64,000 nt of DNA from Octopus bimaculoides (Eukaryota). Under the pieces are notes generated by a model that was given only the letters and a program-made list of their open reading frames with translations, had not been told where the DNA came from and ran no database searches. Both the position numbers and the translations under genes were made by a program. Numbering within the stretch: position 1 is the first letter of the stretch; the number at the start of each line of letters is the position of its first letter. The DNA lies in contig NC_068991.1 of NCBI RefSeq assembly GCF_001194135.2, positions 39,465,602 to 39,529,601 on the forward strand. The letters are read 5' to 3'. Below, piece by piece: positions 53,483 through 61,205 of this stretch.

Positions 53483-54500
53483 CATCATCATCATCATTTA
53501 GTGTCTGATTTTCATGCTGGCATGGGTTAGATGGTCTGACTGGAATTGGTAAGCCAGAGAGAGCTACACTAGGCTCCTGTCTGTTTTGGCTTGGTTTCTA
53601 TGACTGGATGCCTCCATAGAGTGTATAGGTTGTCTTTTACATGTCACTGGCACATGTACCTTTTATGTGCCACTGGCACAAGTGCCTTGTACATGTCACT
53701 GGTACGGGTGTCTTTTGCATGTCTCTGGCACAGGTGTCTTTCATGTGTCACTGGCACTGGGCACAATTATGATTTCACTTAGCTTGAGAAGACATGTCAA
53801 ACTAAGTGAAATCATAATTGTCTTCTCAAGCACAGCAAATTGCTAAAAGTCTCAGTCACTTGTCATTGCCTCTGTGACATTCAACATCTGAAGATCATAT
53901 TTCACCACCTCATCCCATGTCATTAATATATATCATCATCATTTATATATATATATTTGTTTAACCTATGTGAGAATGAAAAAATAGATGTAAAACGAAT
54001 GATTGAATGAAAAAGACTTTATCCTTTAATGAAATTTATCTAGACTGGACGAAGATTAAATCCTTTCAAATCAGAAAATAGAAAAACATTAACAGATTAA
54101 AGAAGTGGAAAAACAAGGTAAGTTTAATAACAGGTTATGTGAATAATGCCTTACCTTGTCATTAATTCTTACAGTGACAGTTTTATGCTTTTCGCCATTC
54201 AGGTTAATCATTCGGATACCTTCTTCAGTAAAAATTACCTTCATTTCTTCAGGGCTGGCTGTTGTAGCGAAGTCAATGTCAGTTGGCCCTATCCCCATTA
54301 AAAGATCTCGTACTGCTCCACCAGTAATCCTGAGCATATGGTTGTGTTTTTTAAACACTTTGATAAGTATTTCCAGTTGGGGAGTAAATAAAGCATGAAA
54401 TTCAGGAGAATCTATTTTTGATATTAGTAGTTCTGTCATCTTTGCTTTCTTCTCTTTTTTTTTTCTAATAGGTATGTCCTGAATTATATTTTTGAAAAAC
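1645..54500 (-). CDS. TRNT1: TRNT1-like class II tRNA nucleotidyltransferase gene, 7 coding exons, 414 aa from the ATG at 54439; a further 5' exon is possible
   Basis: Manual splice reconstruction gives 285+130+127+86+108+113+396 = 1245 nt. Intron phases are consistent (0,1,2,1,1,0), all introns are GT-AG, and there is no internal stop. The protein is collinear with human TRNT1 as I recall it: GGAVRD..DIDFAT, xRDLTINxMFL, [15 protein letters not shown], SGERIWxELKKI, ELLKY, FPVSGHD. Orthology versus paralogy is not established. Confidence 0.93.
3837..4251 (-). mobile_element. tRNA-derived SINE (family A), young full-length copy with an internal (TA)n
   Basis: tRNA-like head (gcaggagtggctgtgtggtaag...ggttcagtcccactgc), tail ...ctgaaacgagtaaagagt, CpGs retained, possible TSD ctaaat. 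Many further copies, e.g. 7460-7720, 22320-22560, 34487-34760, 48838-49272, 51165-51540, 61760-62110, 62480-62780. Confidence 0.85.
5228..5520 (-). mobile_element. tRNA-derived SINE (family C)
   Basis: Head with A/B-box-like motifs (tggcttagtagtt...gagttcgattcctggc) followed by ccttgagcaaggcactttatttcac. Related copies at about 2400-2700, 23060-23370, 47480-47780, 54975-55195 and 63620-63930. Confidence 0.75.
7900..8760 (-). mobile_element. Degenerate RTE-type LINE reverse transcriptase fragment
   Basis: ORFs 8473-8757 ([24 protein letters not shown]) and 7947-8249 (..[20 protein letters not shown]) match the LINE at 26047-28850. Confidence 0.85.
9304..9562. mobile_element. hAT (Charlie-like) MITE nested in a LINE 3' tail copy
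   Basis: TIRs cagtggttcttaa / ttaagaaccactg; 8-bp TSD atatagtg / atgtagtg with one mismatch. Confidence 0.8.
12244..12356 (-). CDS. TRNT1: TRNT1-like exon 6
   Basis: 113 nt; tctttttcag|GA...GAG|gtaagt; encodes (G)[37 protein letters not shown], which aligns without gaps to [38 protein letters not shown]. Confidence 0.9.
12729..12949. mobile_element. TTAA-ended (piggyBac-like) MITE copy
   Basis: Same internal sequence as 37803-38030 and ends in ctaaagggttaa. Other copies near 2965-3187, 3363-3472 and 34990-35250. Confidence 0.7.
13178..13566 (+). mobile_element. Family A SINE, followed by an inverted partial copy at 13591-13750
   Basis: Head gcaggtatggctgtgtgttaag..., tail aatgactggaacaaataaaagat. 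The second copy is the reverse complement of the head region. Confidence 0.8.
13990..14097 (-). CDS. TRNT1: TRNT1-like exon 5 (motif E)
   Basis: 108 nt; ccttcttttccag|AT...G|gtaagt; encodes (N)[35 protein letters not shown](G). Confidence 0.94.
14372..14855 (-). mobile_element. Young LINE-3'-end-derived element with a (GAT)n tail
   Basis: Near-identical to 50177-51140 and 58770-58969; the tail matches the 3' end of the RTE at 28850; CpGs retained. Confidence 0.8.
14924..15150 (+). mobile_element. tRNA-derived SINE (family B) with an (ATT)n tail
   Basis: ggcagcaagtgagcagaattgttacc...gttctgagctcaaattctgccaaggtc...ttcaggccttgtgcc. Copies at 5898-6085, 20720-20929, 22860-23040, 41420-41620, 45025-45215 and 46051-46264. 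Confidence 0.8.
15520..17830 (-). mobile_element. Degenerate Tx1/L1-clade LINE, RT to 3' end
   Basis: Frameshifted RT motifs [36 protein letters not shown] and [33 protein letters not shown], followed by a T-rich 3' UTR. Confidence 0.85.
19540..19855 (-). mobile_element. 5' ORF portion of an R4/Dong-like LINE, inverted
   Basis: [25 protein letters not shown] and [10 protein letters not shown] resemble N-terminal regions of R4/Dong-type ORFs (from memory). Confidence 0.6.
19861..20718 (+). mobile_element. 3' portion of an R4/Dong-like (RLE-type) LINE
   Basis: [28 protein letters not shown] knuckle [18 protein letters not shown], and the restriction-like endonuclease motif [11 protein letters not shown]; several stops. 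Confidence 0.88.
21424..21710. mobile_element. hAT-like MITE
   Basis: TIRs cagtggttatcaac / gttgagaaccact; no matching TSD. Confidence 0.65.
21711..22103. repeat. Foldback palindrome (MITE-like), about 155-bp arms with a 40-bp spacer, plus a small perfect hairpin at the left end
   Basis: 21748-21900 is the reverse complement of about 21944-22097 with scattered mismatches. 21711-21744 is tactccactccctc-caaatt-gagggagtggagta. Confidence 0.9.
23428..23513 (-). CDS. TRNT1: TRNT1-like exon 4
   Basis: 86 nt; ccacag|G...A|gtaagt; encodes (R)[28 protein letters not shown], which aligns to [29 protein letters not shown]. Confidence 0.9.
24086..24160. repeat. (TA)n microsatellite
   Basis: Direct reading. 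Others at about 4060-4090, 49928-49970 and 57420-57458; (CA)n at 14174-14210. Confidence 0.95.
24166..24922 (+). mobile_element. 5'-truncated RTE LINE 3' end (C-terminal ORF2 + 3' UTR + (GAT)n tail)
   Basis: [44 protein letters not shown]; matches 27990-28850. Confidence 0.88.
25665..28850 (+). mobile_element. Degenerate RTE-type LINE (ORF2 RT region to 3' tail), preceded by an extra 3' UTR piece
   Basis: [54 protein letters not shown] (27341) and YLG (27724); frameshifts; tail taaacgacgatgatgatg. Confidence 0.92.
29023..29243. mobile_element. Tigger/pogo-like MITE
   Basis: TA-flanked; ends cagtagtcac... / ...gagggattactg. Confidence 0.65.
29440..30650 (-). mobile_element. Degenerate Tx1-clade LINE: ORF1 end + APE endonuclease + linker
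   Basis: [11 protein letters not shown] start motif, [19 protein letters not shown]-like motif, WTWSN..SRSYL, GCIVRA. Confidence 0.82.
31172..31298 (-). CDS. TRNT1: TRNT1-like exon 3 (motifs C and D, EDYLR template)
   Basis: 127 nt; ttcattctgcag|AC...CG|gtaagg; encodes (D)[41 protein letters not shown](R). Confidence 0.95.
31882..33035 (+). mobile_element. Decayed maT/DD37D-like Tc1/mariner element
   Basis: Broken translation: ..VHEDI.., [22 protein letters not shown]...YIFQ.., HVNPNM..; possible TIRs tacagtgt../..cactgta. Confidence 0.7.
35300..36092 (-). mobile_element. RTE LINE RT fragment
   Basis: [41 protein letters not shown] resembles the RT GVRQGCLLSPTLF region. Confidence 0.8.
36095..36800 (+). 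mobile_element. RTE LINE APE endonuclease fragment, inverted relative to the adjacent RT piece
   Basis: [11 protein letters not shown] (GDWNAKVG), [23 protein letters not shown] (HNQIDYILV). Confidence 0.78.
37803..38030. mobile_element. TTAA-flanked piggyBac-like MITE, complete
   Basis: TTAA-ccctttag.../...ctaaaggg-TTAA. Confidence 0.8.
40231..40500. repeat. 26-bp tandem repeat, 10 full units plus a partial unit
   Basis: Consensus about ggcaccagcacaagtgcattttatgt with an exact 26-nt period from 40231 to 40490, embedded in a LINE-tail-derived element. Confidence 0.9.
43945..44074 (-). CDS. TRNT1: TRNT1-like exon 2 (general-base Glu, basic/acidic motif, flexible loop, motif B)
   Basis: 130 nt; tttatag|GAA...CTCG|gtaaag; encodes [43 protein letters not shown]. 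Confidence 0.93.
45390..46520 (+). mobile_element. Helitron RepHel PIF1-helicase remnant
   Basis: [13 protein letters not shown] (Walker A), [31 protein letters not shown] and IMGGVT; upstream [21 protein letters not shown]; multiple stops. Confidence 0.85.
46051..46264 (+). mobile_element. Family B SINE inserted in the Helitron remnant with an 18-bp TSD
   Basis: TSD caatatttacaaaggatc at 46033-46050 and 46265-46282. Confidence 0.92.
50177..51140 (-). mobile_element. Young LINE-3'-end-derived element spanning a gap; 62-bp tandem units at 51012-51135
   Basis: Near-identical to 14372-14855; two identical 62-mers follow the gap. Confidence 0.8.
50521..51011. other. Assembly gap (others at 4091-4100, 51646-51943 and 58970-59011)
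   Basis: Runs of N, all flanked by repeats or microsatellites. Confidence 1.
51960..53435 (+). mobile_element. Decayed Tc1-like DD34E transposon
   Basis: [14 protein letters not shown] start (ATG about 52213), [19 protein letters not shown], and FQQDNAPSH...[12 protein letters not shown] with 34 residues between D and E; right TIR ...cttgcgtttctttcacagttcagtgt. Confidence 0.9.
54155..54500 (-). CDS. TRNT1: TRNT1-like coding exon 1 (head domain, motif A with catalytic D54-x-D56)
   Basis: Encodes [14 protein letters not shown]...[30 protein letters not shown]...[17 protein letters not shown] at 54439; donor AAG|gtaagg; acceptor tttcttttctttgaatag ends at 54501. The 5' boundary is less certain than the 3' one. 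Confidence 0.92.
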
Positions 54501-57416
54501 CTATTCAAAGAAAAGAAATAATTTTGTATTGAAAATAATGTTCACACATATTATAGTTTGATTTGGTTGCCTTTTTATAATATCAGAAAATCAAGGGTTT
54601 GGTTCCAAATTAATGATGTAGCATAACAGGTAACTGCTTTCTGTGTCTCAGAACTTTTAAGAACTCAAAGTCTATCACAAGCTTCATTCTCAAGTGTTTT
54701 ACTTTGAAATATAATGAATGAAATATGAAATACTTGGAGCTGATCTGAACTCATAATATAAGAGCTGTTATTTGTCTAATACTATATTCACTTGGCCATC
54801 TCACCTCTGCAAGACCGAAAAATGACCATTGCTCAGATCAGAAGAGTGGTGGAAATAGTGAAACTGATGCAGTTAATATAGACTGTGAAGGATAGTTAAT
54901 ATGTTTGGGGAAGAGACAGTGTTCCATGTGATATACCTAACAGGATCCTTGTTAATAAGGGACAGTATATAACTGGCACTCAATTGGTTATGACGACAAG
55001 GGTTCCAGTTGATCCAATCAATGGAACTGCCAGCTTATGAAATTAATATGCAAGTGGCTGAGCACCTCCCAGATACGTGTACCCTTAATGTAGTTCTGGG
55101 GGAGATTCAGCATGACATAAAATGCGACAAGGCTTGTCTTTTGAAATACAGGTTCTACTCAATTTTGCTAGCTGAGTGGACTGGAGCAATGAGGTAATGT
55201 TTGGATCAAACGTTCTGCATATTCAGCTATGCTCTATAGTTTCTTTTACTTACTGTAGCCAAGGCCATGATAGAGAATTGCTTTCAATAATAGGTGCAAT
55301 GATATGTCTTTCATAAGTGATTTCACACCAAAATAAATGTGTTATCTAATGCTAACAACACAGCTTCAAGATGTCAAAATATACTATTATTCTGAAAAGC
55401 TAACTGAAATAGAGTAATATGGAACTGATGTAACTATGGACGGGTGTGAGATGTTGAGGTATTGATTTATGTATTAGTAATCACTAATCTGCCCTTCCCA
55501 ACCCCTTCACTTGCTTTTTTTCTTAACCCTCTCATTAATTCCTTCCCTCTCCCCTGTTTCCTGCAATAGTCCTCCCTCTTTCTTACAATTCCTTCATCTC
55601 TCCAGCTGGGATCATCATCCACTCTCTCTTATGTTCGCCCTTAGTAATAAGTTTCATTTAAGTAGATTTTCTCTTAACCATCAGATATACTTTAGTTTTG
55701 GTTTTTATTAAGAAACCATATATGAAAAACAGACATCAAAAGAAAAGAGATTAAAAAAAACAAAAATTAGTTTGTTACATAAATTAATTAAAATTTTCAT
55801 TGTTCATATTTATTTATTTCATTGAGGAATTTAATTTAAAATATAGATTAAACAATGTTATAAACATTTAAAAACTTATGCAGTTATTGTATCTTTCTTC
55901 CTCCTTCTATATGTTTGCTAAGTAATACTAAATTTGATGCAAGTGTAACAACAGGAGTCACAATTCTTTTACATCTTCTACATCCTTATTTACTTTATAG
56001 TGACATTTAATTTTTTGAAAATCTACAACTTGAATAATTTTGTACATATTTAAAAGCTGATTGTCATTTTCCTCCCCGTCCCCTTCTATATGTTTACTAT
56101 GTAACACTACATGTGACACTAATGTTACAGAAGTAATAAAAATTTGGTAGAGAGAGGGAGAGAAAACTTGCAAGATATAAGGCAAGAATTACTTGTGTTG
56201 GTGCTGTGAATAAAACATCCAGTCCACTCTGTAAAGTGGTTGGCAATGGAAAAGGCATCTAGCTGTAGAAACCATGTCAAAGTAGACAGAATGTCTACTT
56301 TAGCAGGGTGCATGATGCAGTTCCCCATCTTGTCAGACTCTGTCAAACCATTCAACCCACACCAGCATGAAAGCCAGATGTTAAATGATGATAATTAAAT
56401 GTTTTCAATTTATATGGCTTTCATACATTTATAATTTTTTAAAAAATCACAAAACTCTTTGTTTTTAGTTGTTTGACCCAAAGTCAACCTTAATAGAGCT
56501 GTGGCCATATTATCTTTTTCTCAGGCACAGTTCACCAAGTACAACATTAGACAACATGCCTTTTTTCTAAGATGTCATGGTGGATTCGATGGAGAATTGG
56601 TTGCTATTTCTAGCATGTTGAACAACCACATAAATCCTTTCTTGTTGGTATGTCTCTATTTTTGTTTTTGCAGTCAGGTGCCTTTACTAATGGCAATGAA
56701 AGGACTATCATATGAAAGTAGCATGTTTTACAGTGAGGCAGCATGAAACAGATTATTTTGCCTTACTTTGAAAATGCATTGATGTTGTAGCCAGGTCTAG
56801 CTGGCTTGTTTCCCACTATCAAGTATAATTCTCATCATTAGAAATTCTATAAGAATTGTATATAGATTGGGTCCTCAACAGCAGACTGGGTCTTCACATC
56901 CCTCACTTTGGATCATTGGTAAGTGATATCACACCTTTGTGTGGTGTCACATTTCAATGGCAAACACTTGGATTCATGGAAAGAAGTATTTTATTATCTC
57001 AAACAAAATTTTCTCAATCCTGTGCCATATGGTTTCAGATATTGTCCCATGGTGTGGTATATTGGACAAGTGTCTTCTTCTACAGCTCCGGGCTGACCAA
57101 AGCCTTGTGAGTGGATTTGGGAGATGGAAACTGGTAGAGGCCCAACATTATCATCACAATCATTGTTTATATGTCCACCAATATTAATATGGGTTAGAAG
57201 GAATTTGTTGAAAATGATTTTCTATGACTGGATTCCCTTCCTGTTGCCAACCCTTACCAGTTTCCAAGTAAGGTAATATTTACCCATGGCCAGATGTTTT
57301 CACAGAGGATTGGAAGTAAAAGACACAACTTGTATGATTGTGACACATGTTTACAATGATCACGATATCAAGACAAGGAGGCAACAATGCACACACACAC
57401 ATACACATATGTGTAT

Positions 57417-57458
<42 letters not shown>

Positions 57459-57463
<5 letters not shown>

Positions 57464-58323
57464 TGGTATTAAAAGGTTCCAGGACTAGTTATGTTTAATA
57501 AAAAATAACTTTACCTAAGTTTTAATATCATCTCCTTTGAAATAGTCACCTTGCACAGCAATACACCAGTCCTAGCATTGTTGACACCTTTGGAATCCAG
57601 TCTGTCACATGTTTTCCGTAAGCAAGTCGAGGACCTTCTGTGATTTGCTCAGGATCTCAACAATAGTGTTAATATGGCAACCTTTGAGCTGCATTTTCAT
57701 CTTGGGGAAGAGATGGAAGTCTGCAGGTGCTAAATCTGGTGAACAGGGTGGGTGTGGAAGTGACACCATGTTCTTTTTGGAAACAAACTCAGGAATGAGG
57801 AGAGCTTAGTGAAAAATCCAGTTCTTCACACTCCACAGATCCAGTTGCTTTTGCCGAATGTTCTTCCTCAAACTATTCAAAACGTTGTAGTAGAACTCAT
57901 GATTGCCGTCTGGCTCTGGGGGACGAATTCTCAATGCACAATACCACATTTATGGGGGTGATGCTTGTGGCAGGTCTTCCAGAGGCATTCTTCCACCTTT
58001 CAAGCACCTGTGCCACCTGAAGCATTGCATACAATCCATTGCCTTGTTGCTGTAAGCATGCTCAATATCTCTGAAGCAGACTTCCCAAGTTTAACACAAA
58101 ATTTCACATTGGCTCTTTGCTCCAACTTGCTGTCCTTGACAAAAATTTAAGACTACAGCATATACATGATCACAAATTTCACAACCTGTGAAGTAAAGAC
58201 AGCGATATCACTCAGCACACTGCCTCATGAAGGTCACTGCTAGCTCTCTCCATGCACACAACCATGTGCTGCCATCTGTTGGTGCACAACAGAACTAGTC
58301 TGAGAATTTTTGATACCACCTTG
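57459..58323 (-). mobile_element. Internally deleted mariner (DD34D-type) element
   Basis: TA-flanked TIRs tgagatggtattaaaaggttccaggactagtt / aactagtctgagaatttttgataccaccttg; PHPPCSPDLAPADFHLFPKMK motif. Confidence 0.88.
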
Positions 58324-58688
58324 TATATGGTACTAGTGTGTGGTACCTTGAACAAGTGGCTTCTTTTAGAGCCCTGGGCTGACCAAAGCCTTGTGAGTAA
58401 ATTTGGTAAATGGCAACTGGAAGAGGCCCAACATAATCATCACAATCATTGTTTATACGTCCACTTGTATTCACATGGGTTAGAAAGAATTTGTTGAAAA
58501 TAATTTTCTATGGCTGGATACCCTTCTTGTTTCCAAGTAAGGTAATATTTACCTATGACCAGATGTTCTCACAAAAGATTGGAAGTAAAAGTTGCAACCT
58601 ATATGATGGTGACACATTTACAATGGTCATGATGTCAAGCCAAGGAGACATCAATACACACAAACACACACACATGTATATATATGTA

Positions 58689-61205
58689 CAATCATACCTC
58701 ACCTTACATTGTTAATTGGTTCCAGAGGACATGACTTAGGTCGAAATAACCATTATTTAAATATATATACATCATCATCATCATCGTTTAACGTCCGCTT
58801 TCCATGCTAGCATGGGTTGGACGATTTGACTGAGGACTGGTGAAACCGGATGGCAACACCAGGCTCCAGTCTGATTTGGCAGAGTTTCTACAGCTGGATG
58901 CCCTTCCTAACGCCAACCACTCAGAGAGTGTAGTGGGTGCTTTTACGTGTCACCTGCACGAAAACGGCCNNNNNNNNNNNNNNNNNNNNNNNNNNNNNNN
59001 NNNNNNNNNNNATGCTATTAGAAAGAAATAATTTCAAATATTGTACTGTTGCCTACCTGATAGCTGACATTGGTGTTACTTGTTGAGGCTGGTGTAGGAG
59101 ATTACACACTACACGCCGATAGTTGGGGATTGTCAGCTGACTCCTGTTGTGATGGTGTAGATCATTGTGCCAACTTATCTAAAGTTCCTTGAATTGTCTT
59201 TTTCTCCTTCTCTTCAAGGATTAAGTAATAAGGTGCAATAGTATCTTGACAACCCACTAATATTTTTACAAAACATTGTGTATTGAGATCCATTTCCTCA
59301 AACAAAGCAAGACATTTCTTGAAATGAGAAAAAGCCTCTTGCATTTTATTCAACGTAAAATGATGAGGCTTGGGATCAGGTTTTTCTTCTTCCCTTTTCC
59401 TTTTATTCATGAAGTTCCATCAACTCTTTGTTTGTTAGGGACTGTTTATCTTTCTCAAATAATTCATCAAAATCTGTACTTCCAGCTCCATTTCCAGTTC
59501 ATTGCTCAACTGCACCAAGGTCTTGTTCACTTAAAACATTGTCAAAACCCATAAAGTCATTGACAAATTATGGGTACAACTTCTTCCACGCACCATTCAT
59601 AGCCATGCTCTTCTACTCCATGCAGCTGCTATGTTCACAATGGCTTTGTAGATGTAACTTTTCCAAAAGTCACAGATTGTAATGCTTTCATCAATGTCAG
59701 TTGCAGATATTGCTTGGCATAACGTACGCTTCATATAATAGCGCTTGAAGATGGCAATTATCCCACTGATTGCAGCAGTGAGGTAGTGTTAGGAGGGAAG
59801 AAGATAACAGTAACACTGCGATGGAAATCTCTGATGTTTTTTGGGTGGCCTGGAGCATTATTTAAGACAAGCAAAACTTTAAAAAGAATCCTTTTAGCCT
59901 TACAGTACTTTTCTGCTTCAGGAGCAAAATCATTGAAAAACCATTCTTCAAAAATAATGATAGTGATCTAAGTCTTTGAATTGGCCATCCATATTTCAGG
60001 AAGAGATTCCTTGGGCATGTTCTTAAGAACTCAGGGGTTCAGCACATGATATACAAGTAGCAGTTTTATCTTGCAATTGCCTCCCAACACTAAGGTCAAA
60101 TGTTCTTTTGATACTCTGTAGCCAGGAATTCTTTACTCTTCCTTGGATATGAAAGAACGATCTGGTAATTTCTTCCAGTAGATATCAGTCTCATCAACAT
60201 TGAATATTTGTTCGGGTAGAAATCCATTATTTTCAATAATCTTCGCTAAAGTAGCAGGAAATTCCACTGCAGCATCATCAGTTGATGTGCTCTCACCTTG
60301 TTTCTTGAGAGAGTGCAAATTCTGTTGCTGCTTAAACATCATAAACCATCTCTGACTTGCACCTTAAATTCTACGTCTTTCTCATCTGGATATTTCTTTT
60401 TCAAATCTTCAAAGACAATGCTTTCTCCTGAATTATTTCCTGACTACAATTTGCTTGCTGATGATTCTGCCTTTCAACCTAAAGGGAAAGAAGCTGCTCC
60501 ATCTCTTCATAGATTCATCCCCTTTTCTTGTTGATGATGGTACTTTTCATCCCTGGATCATCATCCTTCACATGTGCCATAATCCTATCTCTATCGTGCA
60601 CAATCGCTGATAAAGTCGTACAGTTCATCTCAAACGATCGTGCAATGGCTACAATCTTTTCATATCGTTTTATCATATCCACTTTATCTTCCAGCAATAT
60701 GGCTTTATGCTTACCACTTTCACTAGGATTCTTCTTTGGAGCCATGGGGCTAAAATGTAAATCACAAAAATGATTGTACAAAATTTCACAGCACTGTTGA
60801 CGTGAACACATTTGAAAAGCTTGTGGCTGGAGCATGAATCCTACCTATTGGAAAACATCTGAACTAGTATACTTGTTCCGATTCGTATTACCGTGAACCT
60901 GTAACTTTTAATGTCTTTTGTTTTTAAATGAATTTTAATTCTTTATGATGCATACTGTATTTTAATATTAATTTTAATATACTATACAGATTATATGTTT
61001 CTATTGCTTTTTTTAAATTTATTTCCCAGAGATGAATACGAAGGTAACCAATTGATACAACCCAGAACTAACAGTGTAGTATATTATGAACATTATTGCT
61101 GTTTTGCCAAGTGACATAAATTAATATTGTATTTAATAATTCAGAAAGACTGACATATCTTCAGAAATGACGTAACTCGAAATGACTTAGCCAGAGGTAT
61201 ATGTG
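58689..61205 (-). mobile_element. Decayed Tigger/pogo transposon (TIGD1-like transposase, ATG about 60745)
   Basis: MAPKKNPSESGKHKAILLEDKVDMIKRYE.., PEQIFNVDETDIYWKKLPDRSFISKEE, C-terminal FTLNKMQEAFS; TA-flanked ends caatcatacctc / gaggtatatgtg; contains a LINE-tail insertion and a gap. Confidence 0.88.

Noticed and set aside
2041-54154. Intronic snoRNAs (C/D box search by eye)
   Set aside because: TGATGA matches all come from (GAT)n LINE/SINE tails; no paired C/D boxes with a terminal stem were found.
55958-56746. ORFs 55958-56185 (-) and 56501-56746 (+) as candidate upstream or neighbouring exons
   Set aside because: No homology recognized, and no phase-2 donor with presequence character linking to the acceptor at 54501.
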